Origin: Diplonema japonicum
Taxonomy: Eukaryota; Protista; Euglenozoa: Diplonemea
Direction: 5' to 3'
Assembly (NCBI GenBank): GCA_964019335.1
Contig: OZ025652.1
Coordinates: forward strand, 620,001 to 684,000
DNA length: 64,000 nt
Of the stretch, positions 35,621 through 47,128 are shown one piece after another. The position numbers were made by a program, and so were the translations under genes. The notes under the pieces were generated by a model, which had not been told where the DNA came from, searched no databases, and saw nothing but the letters and a program-made list of their open reading frames with translations. Each line of letters opens with the position of its first letter. The stretch's first letter is position 1.

Positions 35621-38600
35621 TCAGTTGAAGGCAATGGAGGGCTTACCGGGAACAGCGTTCTCCTGATTTTTTTTTCCAAGGATGTTTTTCTCAACATACT
35701 GCAGTGGTAGGCTCTGGTAGGTTTTCGTCAGTTGTTTCAAAAAAGTTAAGCTTCTCGATTTTGCTAGACCCCACCTTGATCTTCGACAGGAGGTACGTGC
35801 TGTGTTCCTTAAGGATGGGCATCTGTTTTGTTATTTTTTTTTCTTCCCATTTTTTTTTTGTTTCAATCCTCGTATACCTCTACGAAGGGAAGTTCCAAGT
35901 TGAACGCTGAAGGGCCGTTCGCCTCGAACTGCGACTTCACCATCCCTGCGAACTGTCCCACCTGCTTCCCCTTCGCAACAAGAATATCGTCAGCGGGGAG
36001 AGATTTCTTATCAAACATCTTCATAAACCCGTTGGGGAACTTGTCGTCCTTGAGGGAGTCCTTCATCATGCCGATCACCTTAAGCTTCCATGCGGGGTAC
36101 CTGTGTTGTGTTGTTTGTCATCATCATCATACCCTTTAGCAACGTAGACGTTAGCAGCAGTAGGTTGCTTCTTCGCTGCCTTGGTGTGCTTCTCGATAAG
36201 CTCGGATTTAACCTTCTCAAGGTACGCACCCTTGTCGCTGATCTGTGAAACAAAGAGAAGTTCGATATTACCATTTTCTTTAATCTGAATATTGGGATAC
36301 CTCTTGGTTGAAAGTCGCGGACGGGAAGCGAGAGTCAAGGACAGAGCCTTCCTTGCCCATGAGCTGCCAGACTCCTTCGCAGGTGTGGGGTGCAATGATG
36401 GACATCATGATGCAGGTCCATTCTATCCATCTGTTGATGAGATCCTTGTGGGGCTTCTCACCGCTTGCGTTGAGCACGTCGTAGTAGTGGGAACGTGCGC
36501 TGCTGAAATCGAACCAGCAGCACCTCAAGGCCTCCTTGTACCTCATCCTCTCGAAGTGCTCCTTGGCCTCCTCCATGAGCCTCGCCATCTCGTTGTCGAA
36601 CCACGTGTCGATGAACAACCCCGCGTCGCTGGTCCTGAGCTCTTCCTTCTTCGTCTTCTCAACGTATTCGTAGAAGCTGTGGAGCTTCAGGATCGAGTTG
36701 TTGGCAGTGGGTATCTCAAAGTTCGCGTCCTCCATCGTGTCGCCTGCAGACGCGCACGCAATACGCGTTGCATCGGCCGAGAACTGCTCGATCCCTCCCT
36801 TCAACGAGATGAAGTTCCCAACCGACTTCGACATCTTCTCACCGTCGACCAGCACCCACCCGTTGGTGTATATGGAACGGGGCCACATCTCGGGCTGCTT
36901 GTCCCAGATGGCGGCGTGGTTGTACAGGCACATGGTAAGATGGTTCTGAATCAGATCCTTCCCCGAGACACGGAGATCCAAGGGGTAGAAGTAGTTGAAT
37001 TCTGCCCTGATGGGGGCGAGCTTCTCCTCAGACACCTTGCAGTCCGCAGAGTAGGCGCTCTTCAGGAAGATGTAGTCAAAGACATCGTCGCTGAGCTCTT
37101 CGGCTTTGATACCGCTGGGAGAGGGCTTCTTCCCTTCAAGGTTGTTGTCCCCGTGGAAGTACTTGGCAAGCGTGTAGTACGCCATGTAGATGGTGGAGTC
37201 GGAGAGGGACTCAATCACGAACTGCGTGTCCCATGGGATCTGCGTGCCGAGACCAAACGACCTGGAGCATGCCCACTCGTTCAACCAGTTCAGCACATCC
37301 ACAAAGGCCTTCTTGCACGCAGGGGTGTACGTGTCGAGAGTGTTCTCCACGTGCTTCATCACCTGCTGCTTCCACTCGTCATCTCCGTACTTCAGGTACC
37401 ACTGGTCGATCAGGGCGATCACGCACACGTCACCCGAACGGGACCTGATGAGCTTCTCGGGCTCGTGGTATGTGAATGCCTCCTTCGCGTCGACCATGGA
37501 TTTTTTGCATGCCAACTTGGCGTCCGCCACCTTCATCCCCTTGAACTCACCCGCAGACATGATACCCTTGTAGAACCCGTCGTTGTAAGCAATGTCGTGC
37601 GCGATCTGAAGCTTATCCGCGTCCTTCGGCGACTGCACGTCGAGCTTCTTGCACAAGTACTCGGCGCACATGGTTCTCTTCTCGCCGTCAATCTCGACGT
37701 CGATGAGGGGGATCAGTTCGAAGTCGGTCCATTCGGGTTTCACCTTGTAGAAGTCAGCCTTCTTCTTGACGTCCATGAAGGCAGCGTAATCGTCGGGAGA
37801 ATCGGCGGGCACACTGGTCACGATACCAGTCCCCTTGTCCATCTTGATGGACAACAGGGGGAGGAGGTGGATTCTGTCGTACTGGCACCTCGGGGCCTTC
37901 AGGGAAGCACCCATAAGCTGCTCACCAGTCATCTCAGCAACCTTGGTTGTCTGACCCCATGTGGGGAAGAGGTCCTGGAAGGACATGTTCCTCGCGGCTC
38001 TGTCAGAGCACACAACAACCTCGTCACCCCTGTCGAAGGCGCCGTAAGTACCTGTGGGGAGGATCCAGCAATTGGTCTGTCCGATCATGGTCTCGGGACG
38101 GAGGGTACCGCACAGCAAGTAGATGGGCTTGTCGATGCCTGCAAGGCACTCAGGCTTGGGGTCCATCACCTGCACTTTGATGGCAGTGTACTCAGTTGGG
38201 CCGCCGCCTTCACCCTCAGACCTGTCGTGGTCCATGCAAGCCTGCTTGTCAGTCTCAGAGTACACAGTGGGCCTCTTACCGAAGGCAAGGCGGTTGCCTG
38301 CCCTCAACTTGTTGAACTGCCACCTGATGAAAGCGTCGTAGAAGGGGTTCTCGTCAGTCGTGATGAACGACCTACGGAAGTCGATGTGCACACCAAGTCT
38401 CTTGAGGTCTTCCTTGCCCTGGGGGGGGAAGTAGTCGAGCCACTTTTTGGGGTTTTCGAAGGTGCTGATCTCCTCCTCGGGAACGTCCATACCCCTCATA
38501 ATGTCCCATTGGTGAAGGGCGTCGCCGGACTTAGCGGCGATTTTAGCGGGCTTCTTCGCTTTGCCTTTGGCCTTCTTGGGGTCTTCCTTGACGACGGTCC

Positions 38601-39291
38601 TTGTGAGCTCGTCGGACACGGCCGATGCCTCACAAGAAGTGCCGTCAGCGAGGTGGGCAATGGCACGGAATGTGAGCTTCTGCTTCTCGGCGGGGGAGGC
38701 GACGGTGACTTTGATCTTCATTTTCTTTTCAACCTCTGTGGTCTCAGGTCCGACCTTGGCAACCTCGGACCAGACACCTTCAGTGCAGACCTCGAGGGTG
38801 TAGCCGGTGATCTCAACGTGAGCGGTGGAGGTGGGGGGAGAGAAGAGGAGCTCCATGTTGTCCCCTTCGATGGGGGCAGCAAGGTGTGGACGGCCCGAAG
38901 GGAACTTCGGTGGATCGCCGTAGGTCTCACGGTCGCGCTTCAGCTTGTTCGCCGCAGCCTGAATGGGCATCCCGGTGCAATGGAACGCGAAGGGGAACAC
39001 CGACCTCTTGCCCTGCAGACGCTGGTAGCTCACCGCAAACTCCGCCTTAAGAAGTGTGAACGCGTGTCCAAGATGCAGACATCCGTTCATGTAAGGGTAC
39101 GGGAAGGTAGCCATGAACTTCCCATTGTCCACCTCGCCCTCCTTGGGAGGGTCGACCTCAAAGATCTTCTTCGCTTCCCATTCAGCTTGCACTTTTTTTT
39201 CAATGTTGCTGAGCAGCGTTCTCTTCTCGTCAGACTTCGGGACAACCTTACCTGCGGTCGCCATATTCCTTACCCACCTGCGGAGGAGCAT
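35621..39291 (-). CDS. LARS1: Leucyl-tRNA synthetase (eukaryotic cytosolic type); introns 36243-36300, 36101-36132, 35823-35877, 35663-35699
   Basis: TFPYPYMNGCLHLGH (HIGH), TLRPET, GTGIVTSVP editing motif, KMSKS; spliced end AVPGKPSIAFN*. Confidence 0.95.
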
Positions 39292-39865
39292 GCACCCCTT
39301 TGGAAGAAGAAAAAAAAGCTCTTTTTTTTCCCTTTTCCCTTTGCTTGCTTTCTCTATACAGGGTAATATAAATAAAGGAAGAAGAGAGAGAAAGTAAAAA
39401 GAGAAATAAACAGGGTAAATAAAAAGTCGGGTAAATAAGGTAATGGGGGGGGGGGGGATGAAATAAAAAAAAGAAAAGAAGGGCGGGAGCGAATAGTAGA
39501 TCCGGTGAGAACGGGGTACATCTTCCCCCTTTCATGAGGTTTGGTTGTTTTGTTTTCTTCTCGTTCGTGTCTACCTATCATATGTTAACATCAAAGCGGC
39601 GGCCTGAAAAGACGTCCTATTCTTATGCTAACAGGGGTGTACTGTGTTTAGCTTAGAAAATAGAAAGGGGGAGGGTGATAGATAAAATAGAAGTGGAAAT
39701 AGAGAGGAAATATAAAAAAAAAAATAATGGCGGTAGCTCCGAAACGGGAAACTGACCTACTTTTTTTTTTCTGTTTTGTTTCTTTTTGTAAAGATACATA
39801 GAATAGAGAGAGGGTAAAAGTTCACTAGGTTTATTAACAAATGAAATAATAAAGAACTACGCCTG

Positions 39866-42800
39866 TCATTCCAAGGGTTTCACAAGGGTGCCCTTCGGCT
39901 GGGAGGCGATGGCCTCGTGCTGAGTAGTCTTCAGAGCTTTCGCCCTCTTGATCTCCTCACGTTCTGCTGCGATCTTAACCTCTTCTTGCTTCGACAAGTG
40001 TGCCTGTTTTTTTGTTTTTGTTTTTGTTTTTGAATCCATTTTAATGTAACACTGTACCTTGTACTCGACCATCTTTGACCTCCTGGAGAGGACCTCTTCG
40101 TTGTTCTCGTCGACAGGGTGCTGGAACTCGTGCCCCGCAGCGTCGAGGGCCTCTTCGGACTCCTTGAAGTCGTCCATCGCCTTTGCCTGCTTCTCCTTCA
40201 GGAGGCCCAGCTCCTCCTCCACAGAGTGCCGCAGGTTGTACAGTTCCTTCTTCTGGTCGGAGTGCTTCTTCGCGTTCGGGTCGAAGGTCTCGATGCAGAA
40301 CTCCAGCTGGATGTGCGTGCTCCTGATGGTCCTGTCGATCTCCTCCAACCTCTTCTCCTTCTTGTAGATGAGGGACCCGAGCGTGAGGTACAGCATCCTG
40401 AAGTACTCCAGGTGCTCCTTGTGCACCCTGATCCTCAGGTCCGACAGCTCCTGGTTCGTCTTGTCGTACCTCGCCTTCACCGCGCTGCACCCCTCAGCCA
40501 CAAGCTCCTCGATCAACCCCGTGCACCTGATCGCGAGGTCGCAGTTGTACACAGTCAGCTCCAACAGCTTCTTGTGCTGAGAAGCCACCTCCAAGAACTG
40601 TGCGTACTCCACCCTCCTCTTCTCCTCCCTGTCGTTCTCTTCGATCCTCCTCTTCACCTCCTCGAACCTCTCTGTTCCCTGCTTCTGCAGCTGTCTCTCG
40701 AGGTCCTGGATCTTCCTCCAGCACTCCTCCTGCTTCTCGAGGTTCTCCTTCACGAATCTTTCGCTTTTGTCCTGTTTTTTTTTTGATTTTCTTTGTTTAC
40801 TTTCCCTTCTTTTTTCACACCTTCATCGCCGCAAACCTCTTCATCGACTCTGCGTCCTCCAAGTCTGCCTTCTGGATCGCATCGTGGATGTGCTTCAGGT
40901 CAGTCTCGCACCTCTGCTTCAACCTGCGCTTCGCGTCCTTCATCTGCGAGGTCTCCTGATTAGCCTTCTTCTGCACTTCATAGATCTGTGTTGTTGGGTT
41001 GGGGTGTTGTCTTTTGTGTTGGAGTCACGAGTTTTCTTTTTTTTTTTTTTTTTCCGGTATTAAAAAGTGTTTTGATCATGTTGCAAGCATTTTTCTTTCG
41101 GGTTTTAGTAAAAATTGTTTGGTTCAAAAAATGAAATCCCCATTTCCCTTTGGCCTGATCAGGTGTGGACGAGTTGTTTACCACTTGCCCGAAGGCATCG
41201 TATAGGTATAGGGGCGATGTCCAGATAGTAGCTGTGGTTTGTCATCATTCTCAGCTTATCGCTTAATGCTCTCAAACCCTTCCCCCATCTTTCTCTCCAC
41301 ATCTCCCAAACAGTAATGAGAACACGACAGCTATGAGGAAGCAAGCGTGCCCTTCTGCTGCTGGTCGCTGACGAAAGGAATCATCAGACAATAAAGAGAA
41401 AAAAGAGGAATGTGTTCTTCAGACAAAATAGAAACTGTCAAATCCAGGGGTAGAAGCACAACAGACACTTGTGCCTGTTCATTTAGGGAAAGAAGAATGG
41501 GTGATTGGTCTCATCATGCGTGTGGACTGTTCTTGTTTGAAACACAAAAACTTAAAAGATTTTAAAAAAAAACAAATTTCTCTTGGGTGAGACAGGTACA
41601 GCCGAGCTTACCAGTTTGTCGCGAAGAACATCAGCTGCGTTTAATTCACCCCTGTGCCTTGTGTTGGTAAGGATCCCTTTATTGTCCGCTTCTTCTTTTT
41701 TTCTTGCCTTTTGTTGTCTTCTCTCTTCTATGGTCAGGTGTGGACGAGTTGTTTACCACTTGCCCGAAGGCATCGTATAGGTATAGGGGCGATGTCCAGA
41801 TAGTAGCTGTGGTTTGTCATCATTCTCAGAGAACACAGGTTGCGTTACCTTTCTCTTCTCTCTCCTCCACATCTCCCAAACAGTAATGAGAACACGATGG
41901 CTACGAGGAAGCAAGCCCGCCCTTCTGCTGCTGGTCACTCAAAGAAAAGGACTTTCCTCTCTTCTATTTCCCCCATCCCACCACCCCTTTCCCTCCTCAT
42001 TTCCCAAAAAGGCTCAGAAAAGGTACTCACATCTCATTCGGTGGGAGGAGGACAGCAGAAGCATCACCCTCAGCCTCCTCCCTCGTCAGAAATGAGGAAT
42101 GCCATTGGAGTTTGTTGTTGGTCATCACAGCCTCCCTCCGGAAAAAAAGCGAAACAGAGGACTACACACACACACACACAACAGTAAATCATGACTCAGA
42201 AGTACGTTCACTTGCTGCCAGCACAATGGCCAACAGCATCAACAAACAAACCAGCAATTGAGTGAAGTGGTAATCATCTCCACTGTTGTCCACCTGGTCA
42301 CACACACATTTGTAAAACAGGCTCAAAAAATTCATTCTTCAGACAAAATAGAAACTGTCAAATCCAGGGGTAGAAGCACAACAGACACTTGTGCCTGTTC
42401 ATTTGGGGAAAGAAGAATGGGTGATTGGTCTCATCATGTAAAAAAGAAAAAGAGAAAAAAAAGAGACTCAAAAAAAATAGGAATGCACATAATACCCTTC
42501 CCTTTCCCCCCTTTTTTTTGTTTTCCACAACCCACACACACCTTCTTGAAGGGAGCGTTCTCGTCCTCTGTCTTTTGGATCAAACGGAACTTGTCCTTGA
42601 TGAGCTCGATGAGTCTCTCCTGAAGCTGGATCTTCGTCCAGAACTGCTCCTCCGCAACCTGCATCTCACCGTCGCTCATCGCCACGTTCTGGATCTCGTT
42701 CACCCTGTCCAGCTGCGACACTTGCGTTGCCACCTTGTGTGGGTGTGTTTCATTATTTTTTTTCTTCTTTTTTTACCTGCTCGTTCGTAGAGGTAAGGGC

Positions 42801-43334
42801 TGCCTGGATCTGCGTGACGTTCATGATGTCTTCCATCTGCTTCAGGGTGGTGGCGGGGACCTGTGCGAGCTGGGTTGCATCGAGCTGCGACCTCCTGAGC
42901 TCCTCCTCCACCTTCTCCACTTTGGTGATGGCGTTGTCGATGACCCCAGTGAAGGACACGATCCTCGTCTTGTTCCTGTTGTTTTTCAACTCCGCCAGCT
43001 GCTTCCTCAACCCGATCACGTCCATGAACTGCGGCTTGTCCTCAGGCTTGTACAGCTCCCGCTGCGACATCTCCAGCCCGCACACCCTCATCAGCTTCGC
43101 CAGGTCGTACGCCTCAGTAAGGTTCCACTTCGTCCCCACCTCCACAGCAGTCAGCAGCTCGTGCGCCTTCTCGTGCGCCCCAGACAGCTTCTGCCTCTGG
43201 TTCTCGCTCCAGTCCGATACGTGCAGCTCCTGGATGAACTCCTCGTTCTCCAGGCATGCTGTCTTCAGCTTCAGGTTGTGGATCTTCTGCTTCCTCGCTG
43301 CCTCCAGCGTCACTTCTCCAGACGGGTCGGCCAT
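39866..43334 (-). CDS. PFR1: Paraflagellar rod protein 1, copy C (copy B +8265; intron 2 is 40986-42541)
   Basis: Essentially identical to copy B including introns. Confidence 0.93.
41157..42440 (-). ncRNA. Intronic snoRNA cluster in PFR1 copy C intron 2 (nine units as in copy B)
   Basis: Duplicate of 32892-34175. Confidence 0.87.
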
Positions 43335-43522
43335 CTTTGTCGAGCTGTCTGTCTGGGGGATTAGAGTGAGATGCAAAAAAGAATTTAAAACCAAAGCAAA
43401 TAAAACATGCGCACTCTGTTGAAAGCCCGGCAGGACGGCCGGGCGGTCACGAAGGAAAGAAAAGACGTTGTTGAAAAGAAGTGTAAAACCAAAGTAAAAA
43501 GCAGAACAGATGCTCAGAGTCC

Positions 43523-44497
43523 TCAGATCTCGGAGGTGCAGGGGGACTTGTTGAGGCCGCACTCGTTGGCACCCCTCTTGACCCTGATGTAGCCGTTCTC
43601 GCCCCAAGATGCCCCCCAGGAGTTCTTGATGATCCAGTAGTCGGCGGCGTAGCCAACGATGAGGACACCGTGGTCAAGGGTGCAGACCTCACAGCAGTTG
43701 GTGAGGATGCCTCCGTTGTAGGTCTGCCACTTGGTGGCGTCCACAGCGATGGAGAGGGGCCCGCTGGGACCGACGAACTCGGCCATCGCGTTCTCGTTGT
43801 GTGCGATGTCCTTGTGGCCCTTGATGGTGGCCCCCACCGCCTTCCCGGACACGTCGTGGCACACCCCGCTGAACCCGTCGCCAGAGGTGTAGTGGTACGA
43901 GGCCTCCGTCACGATCTGCCCGTTGTGTGTCTGCTGCAGCCACTTGAAGGCGTTGTCCATGAGACCACCGTTGCAGCCGTCGTCGATCTTGTCGCACGAC
44001 ACCAGTTCCTGCTCCGACAGCGAGGTCAGGGTGTTCCCCGCAAGGAACCACTGGCCCTCGATCCCTCCGGTCGTGGAGAAGGCCCAACAGCTCCCGCACT
44101 GAGCCTGGTTCTTCACGTGGGTCACAGCTCCCTTTGTCCTCCAGTCCACCTCTGTGGGGGCTCCCGAAGTTGCCGAGGCGGTGTAGGCCGGTCCCTCCTT
44201 CTCAACAACCTTCAGGTTGTGGTACACCTTGAACTCCTCAGAAGACAGGTCAGAGAACCTGTTCACCCCGAAGGTTGCCCCCATCGCCTGCTCCTTCTCG
44301 TACTGGGCTCCCTTCAAAAGGTTCTTGGTGAAGATCTGGAACCTCCTCTCCTCCTCGGCAGCGCTGCTGTAGGCCTTGTTGTAGTCAGCCTTGAAGGTCC
44401 TGAACATCGTCCTCGAGTTCACCCTGATGTAGTCCTCAGACAGACCCTGCGCGCACCCCGCCAGCAGGGCGATCATCACTGCAGTACCGCAACGCAT
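43523..44497 (-). CDS. Cathepsin L-like cysteine protease, copy 2
   Basis: 324 aa, same protein as 22014-22988. Confidence 0.93.
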   Translation of the reverse strand: MRCGTAVMIALLAGCAQGLSEDYIRVNSRTMFRTFKADYNKAYSSAAEEERRFQIFTKNLLKGAQYEKEQAMGATFGVNRFSDLSSEEFKVYHNLKVVEKEGPAYTASATSGAPTEVDWRTKGAVTHVKNQAQCGSCWAFSTTGGIEGQWFLAGNTLTSLSEQELVSCDKIDDGCNGGLMDNAFKWLQQTHNGQIVTEASYHYTSGDGFSGVCHDVSGKAVGATIKGHKDIAHNENAMAEFVGPSGPLSIAVDATKWQTYNGGILTNCCEVCTLDHGVLIVGYAADYWIIKNSWGASWGENGYIRVKRGANECGLNKSPCTSEI

Positions 44498-44609
44498 TTT
44501 GTGGGTGGCTTGTTACTGAAGTAAAAGTTAAGCACGAATGATGCGTCAGTAAGTCAAATTACGGTAAACTAATTGCTGACAAATGTCTAAAAGCAATTAT
44601 TAAATGTGC

Positions 44610-45829
44610 TTACCTACGCCTGTCCCTGTCCCTATCTCTTACTCGCTCTCTCCGGTCCCTGCTATCCCTGTCCCGATCGCTGTCTCTATCCCGCCTGCTG
44701 CGCTCTCTGTCTCTTCTGTCCCTCCTATCTCTGTCCCTGTCCCTGTCTCTGTCCCGTCTGCTCCTCCTACGCCTTCTTTCCCGCCTCCTGTGGGAAGATG
44801 ACGATGAGTAGGAAGATGAAGACGACGTCCTGCGCCTCGGCCGTCTCTGTGGTGTGGTGTGGTGTGGTGTATATTTGCTGCGCATACCTCACGCTTGTGA
44901 CTATCAGACACTTCCTCTTTCTTCTTCTTCTGCTGCATCCTGTCCATGAGGGCTCTGAGCTTGCTCTTATCAAGCGCCGCGTTGTGCGTAGTGGGCTTGA
45001 TGATGGGTGTGGTGGACTGCTGGACTTTGACGACACGGTCACGGAAGGTAGAGTTGTTCATAGTAGTGAGACATGTGAAGGCACCAGTGGGTTCCATGTA
45101 CTCGATGAAGCAAAAGCGCGCAGGCTTACGATCGTCACCAGCAAGCTTGACGAACGTGACGGGACCAGCTTTTTGAAAGTGCTGGAGGCAGTCTTCCTCT
45201 GTGGCTGCTGCGTCGATGTTGGAGGCGTAGATGGTACGGGCAACAACGCTCATCTGGTCGTTGTCCTGAAGGCTGAGGTACTCGGCGATGTGAGGTGTTA
45301 CCTCTGGCTTGATAATGGCAGAGGTGCTGGGCCGGACAGTCAAAGCACGATCGGCAAGAACGCTTCCAAGCAAGGACACTGCCTGCCTCGCACCGTCCTC
45401 CGAAGAGAATTCCAAAAAAGCAAATTTCGAAGGTTTATCGTCATCGCCCACCACCTTCACATACGTCACAACACCACATTGCTCAAAATGCTTCTTTAGC
45501 ATGTCTTCAGTAACACTTAAACTGATACCAGCCACGTGAACAGTCCTTTTTATGGGGTCAGTGTCTGATTTCGTTGTTTCTGTTAGTAATGGGTTCACTG
45601 CAGGGTGTATGCTGACAGGTGAGCCGAGGAATTGTCGGCCATTGAGAAGTAGTGCTGTTTTTGCTGATCCTTCATCAGCGAACTCGACCATCCAGGTCCC
45701 GGGTCCTTCCACCACGCCCTTTCGCTTGACCTCCGCTACTACACCGCATGGCGAGAGGTACTCCCTCACCGTGTTGTCGTTCGCTTGTTTAGACAAAGAT
45801 GAGAAAAATATAGTCTTTTTTATGGACAT
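44610..45829 (-). CDS. Three-RRM protein with RS/RD-rich tail (SR-like splicing factor); 41-nt intron 44847-44887
   Basis: RNP1-like KFAFLEF and RFCFIEY; splicing shifts into the RRRSRRDRDRD frame. Confidence 0.82.
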
Positions 45830-47128
45830 TTTTTTTTTTTTTTTTTTCCCCGTGCGCTCGTTGTTTTTCTTTTCTTTCTCTCACCCTGGGGAATCCCTCC
45901 CACCTTTCTTTGTCGAGTTTTGGGTTTCATTGAAAAATTTAAAACGGTGGAGGGGGGGATGCGGAGGAATTCAAAAAAGAAAAGAAAAAAGAAATAAACA
46001 TCACCACAATTTTTTTTGAACGGGGGGGGGGAATGGGTTTTTTTTTTCACTCGCTTAAAAATAAATAAATGTAAAAATTTTGTTTAAAAAAAGGGAAGAA
46101 AATCACATCGTGCGACACGTGGGCTGGGAGGGGGGCCAAGGAAAAGGAAGAAATAATGGGGATAGAGGGTGGGGGGAAAGAAAGTATATAAAAAAAAAAT
46201 AATAATCCTGGTGTACAGCGAAGGGAACACGAGGCATCAATCTCAGGAGGATGAAGAGCGAAAAAAAAAGTTTTTTTTTAAAAATAAATCTCCACTGCAC
46301 CGCGGACAAGCACGCGTAGAGCACAGTTTGACACCAAGTTCGCCCTCTTCCTCTCTTTTTTTATCCTCACTACTTTCTTTAGTTTTAACACCCCCCCCCC
46401 CCGGGAAAAGAAGAAAGGAAAAAGAGTTTGTGAGCAAAGAAAATAAAAAGGGAAAGTTTTTTTTTTAAAAGCCCCTCACACTTTTTTTAATGTTGCCTTT
46501 TAAAAGAAACTAATATACAGCACACCAAATTGTGCAGAAGGGAGGGGAGGGGGGGAGGGGGGAGAAAGGAATTCATCCTGTAGAAAGAAAGTTGCTAGGC
46601 AAAAAAAAAAAGAAAGAAAAAGTGCATGCAAAAAAAAAGGAATTTTGTCTTTTCTTGTTTTTTTTTTTTTTTCTTTTTTTTTAAATTTCGAATTCCTTTT
46701 TTTTTCCCCTTCCAACTATTTTTTTTTTTTTGGGATTACCCATGTTTTGGTTTATTTATTTTTCGTCTTTTCTTTGTCCCTTCTCTGCAAAGAAGACAAA
46801 GAAAAAGAGGAAAAAGAGAAGGGGGGAAGAAAGAAAAAAAAAAGCAAATTATCCATTTCCTTAACTAATGCCTCTTCGACGGGGCAGCGAGAAAGGAGCA
46901 TAACTTATATTTTTTTCCCCCCCCACTTCATCGTTATACTTTTTCTTTCGGCTAGAAAATAAAAAAAAAAAAAAAAAAAAAAAACGTCGGTTAAAAGAAA
47001 GTGGGAGCAGGGGGAGGTGGGACAAAAGAAGCTATGTTGTTTGCAAGTAATGTACACTGCCAGCAAGAAGCCTTCATTGGAGGCGGAATGGCTAACTCAC
47101 TGTATCAGTTATTTTCTTCACTCTACTC

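Noticed and set aside
36292-39366. 1024-aa plus-strand ORF
   Set aside because: Coextensive antisense shadow of LeuRS.
23250-42187. Repeated short ORFs such as DELFTTCPKASYRYRG.. and MRTRWLRGSKP..
   Set aside because: Translations of repeated snoRNA units; frames break in the spacers.
23174-42440. CRISPR-like or transposon reading of the repeat-spacer pattern
   Set aside because: Units are of six different types, 70-120 nt, with snoRNA boxes; eukaryotic context and no cas or transposase.
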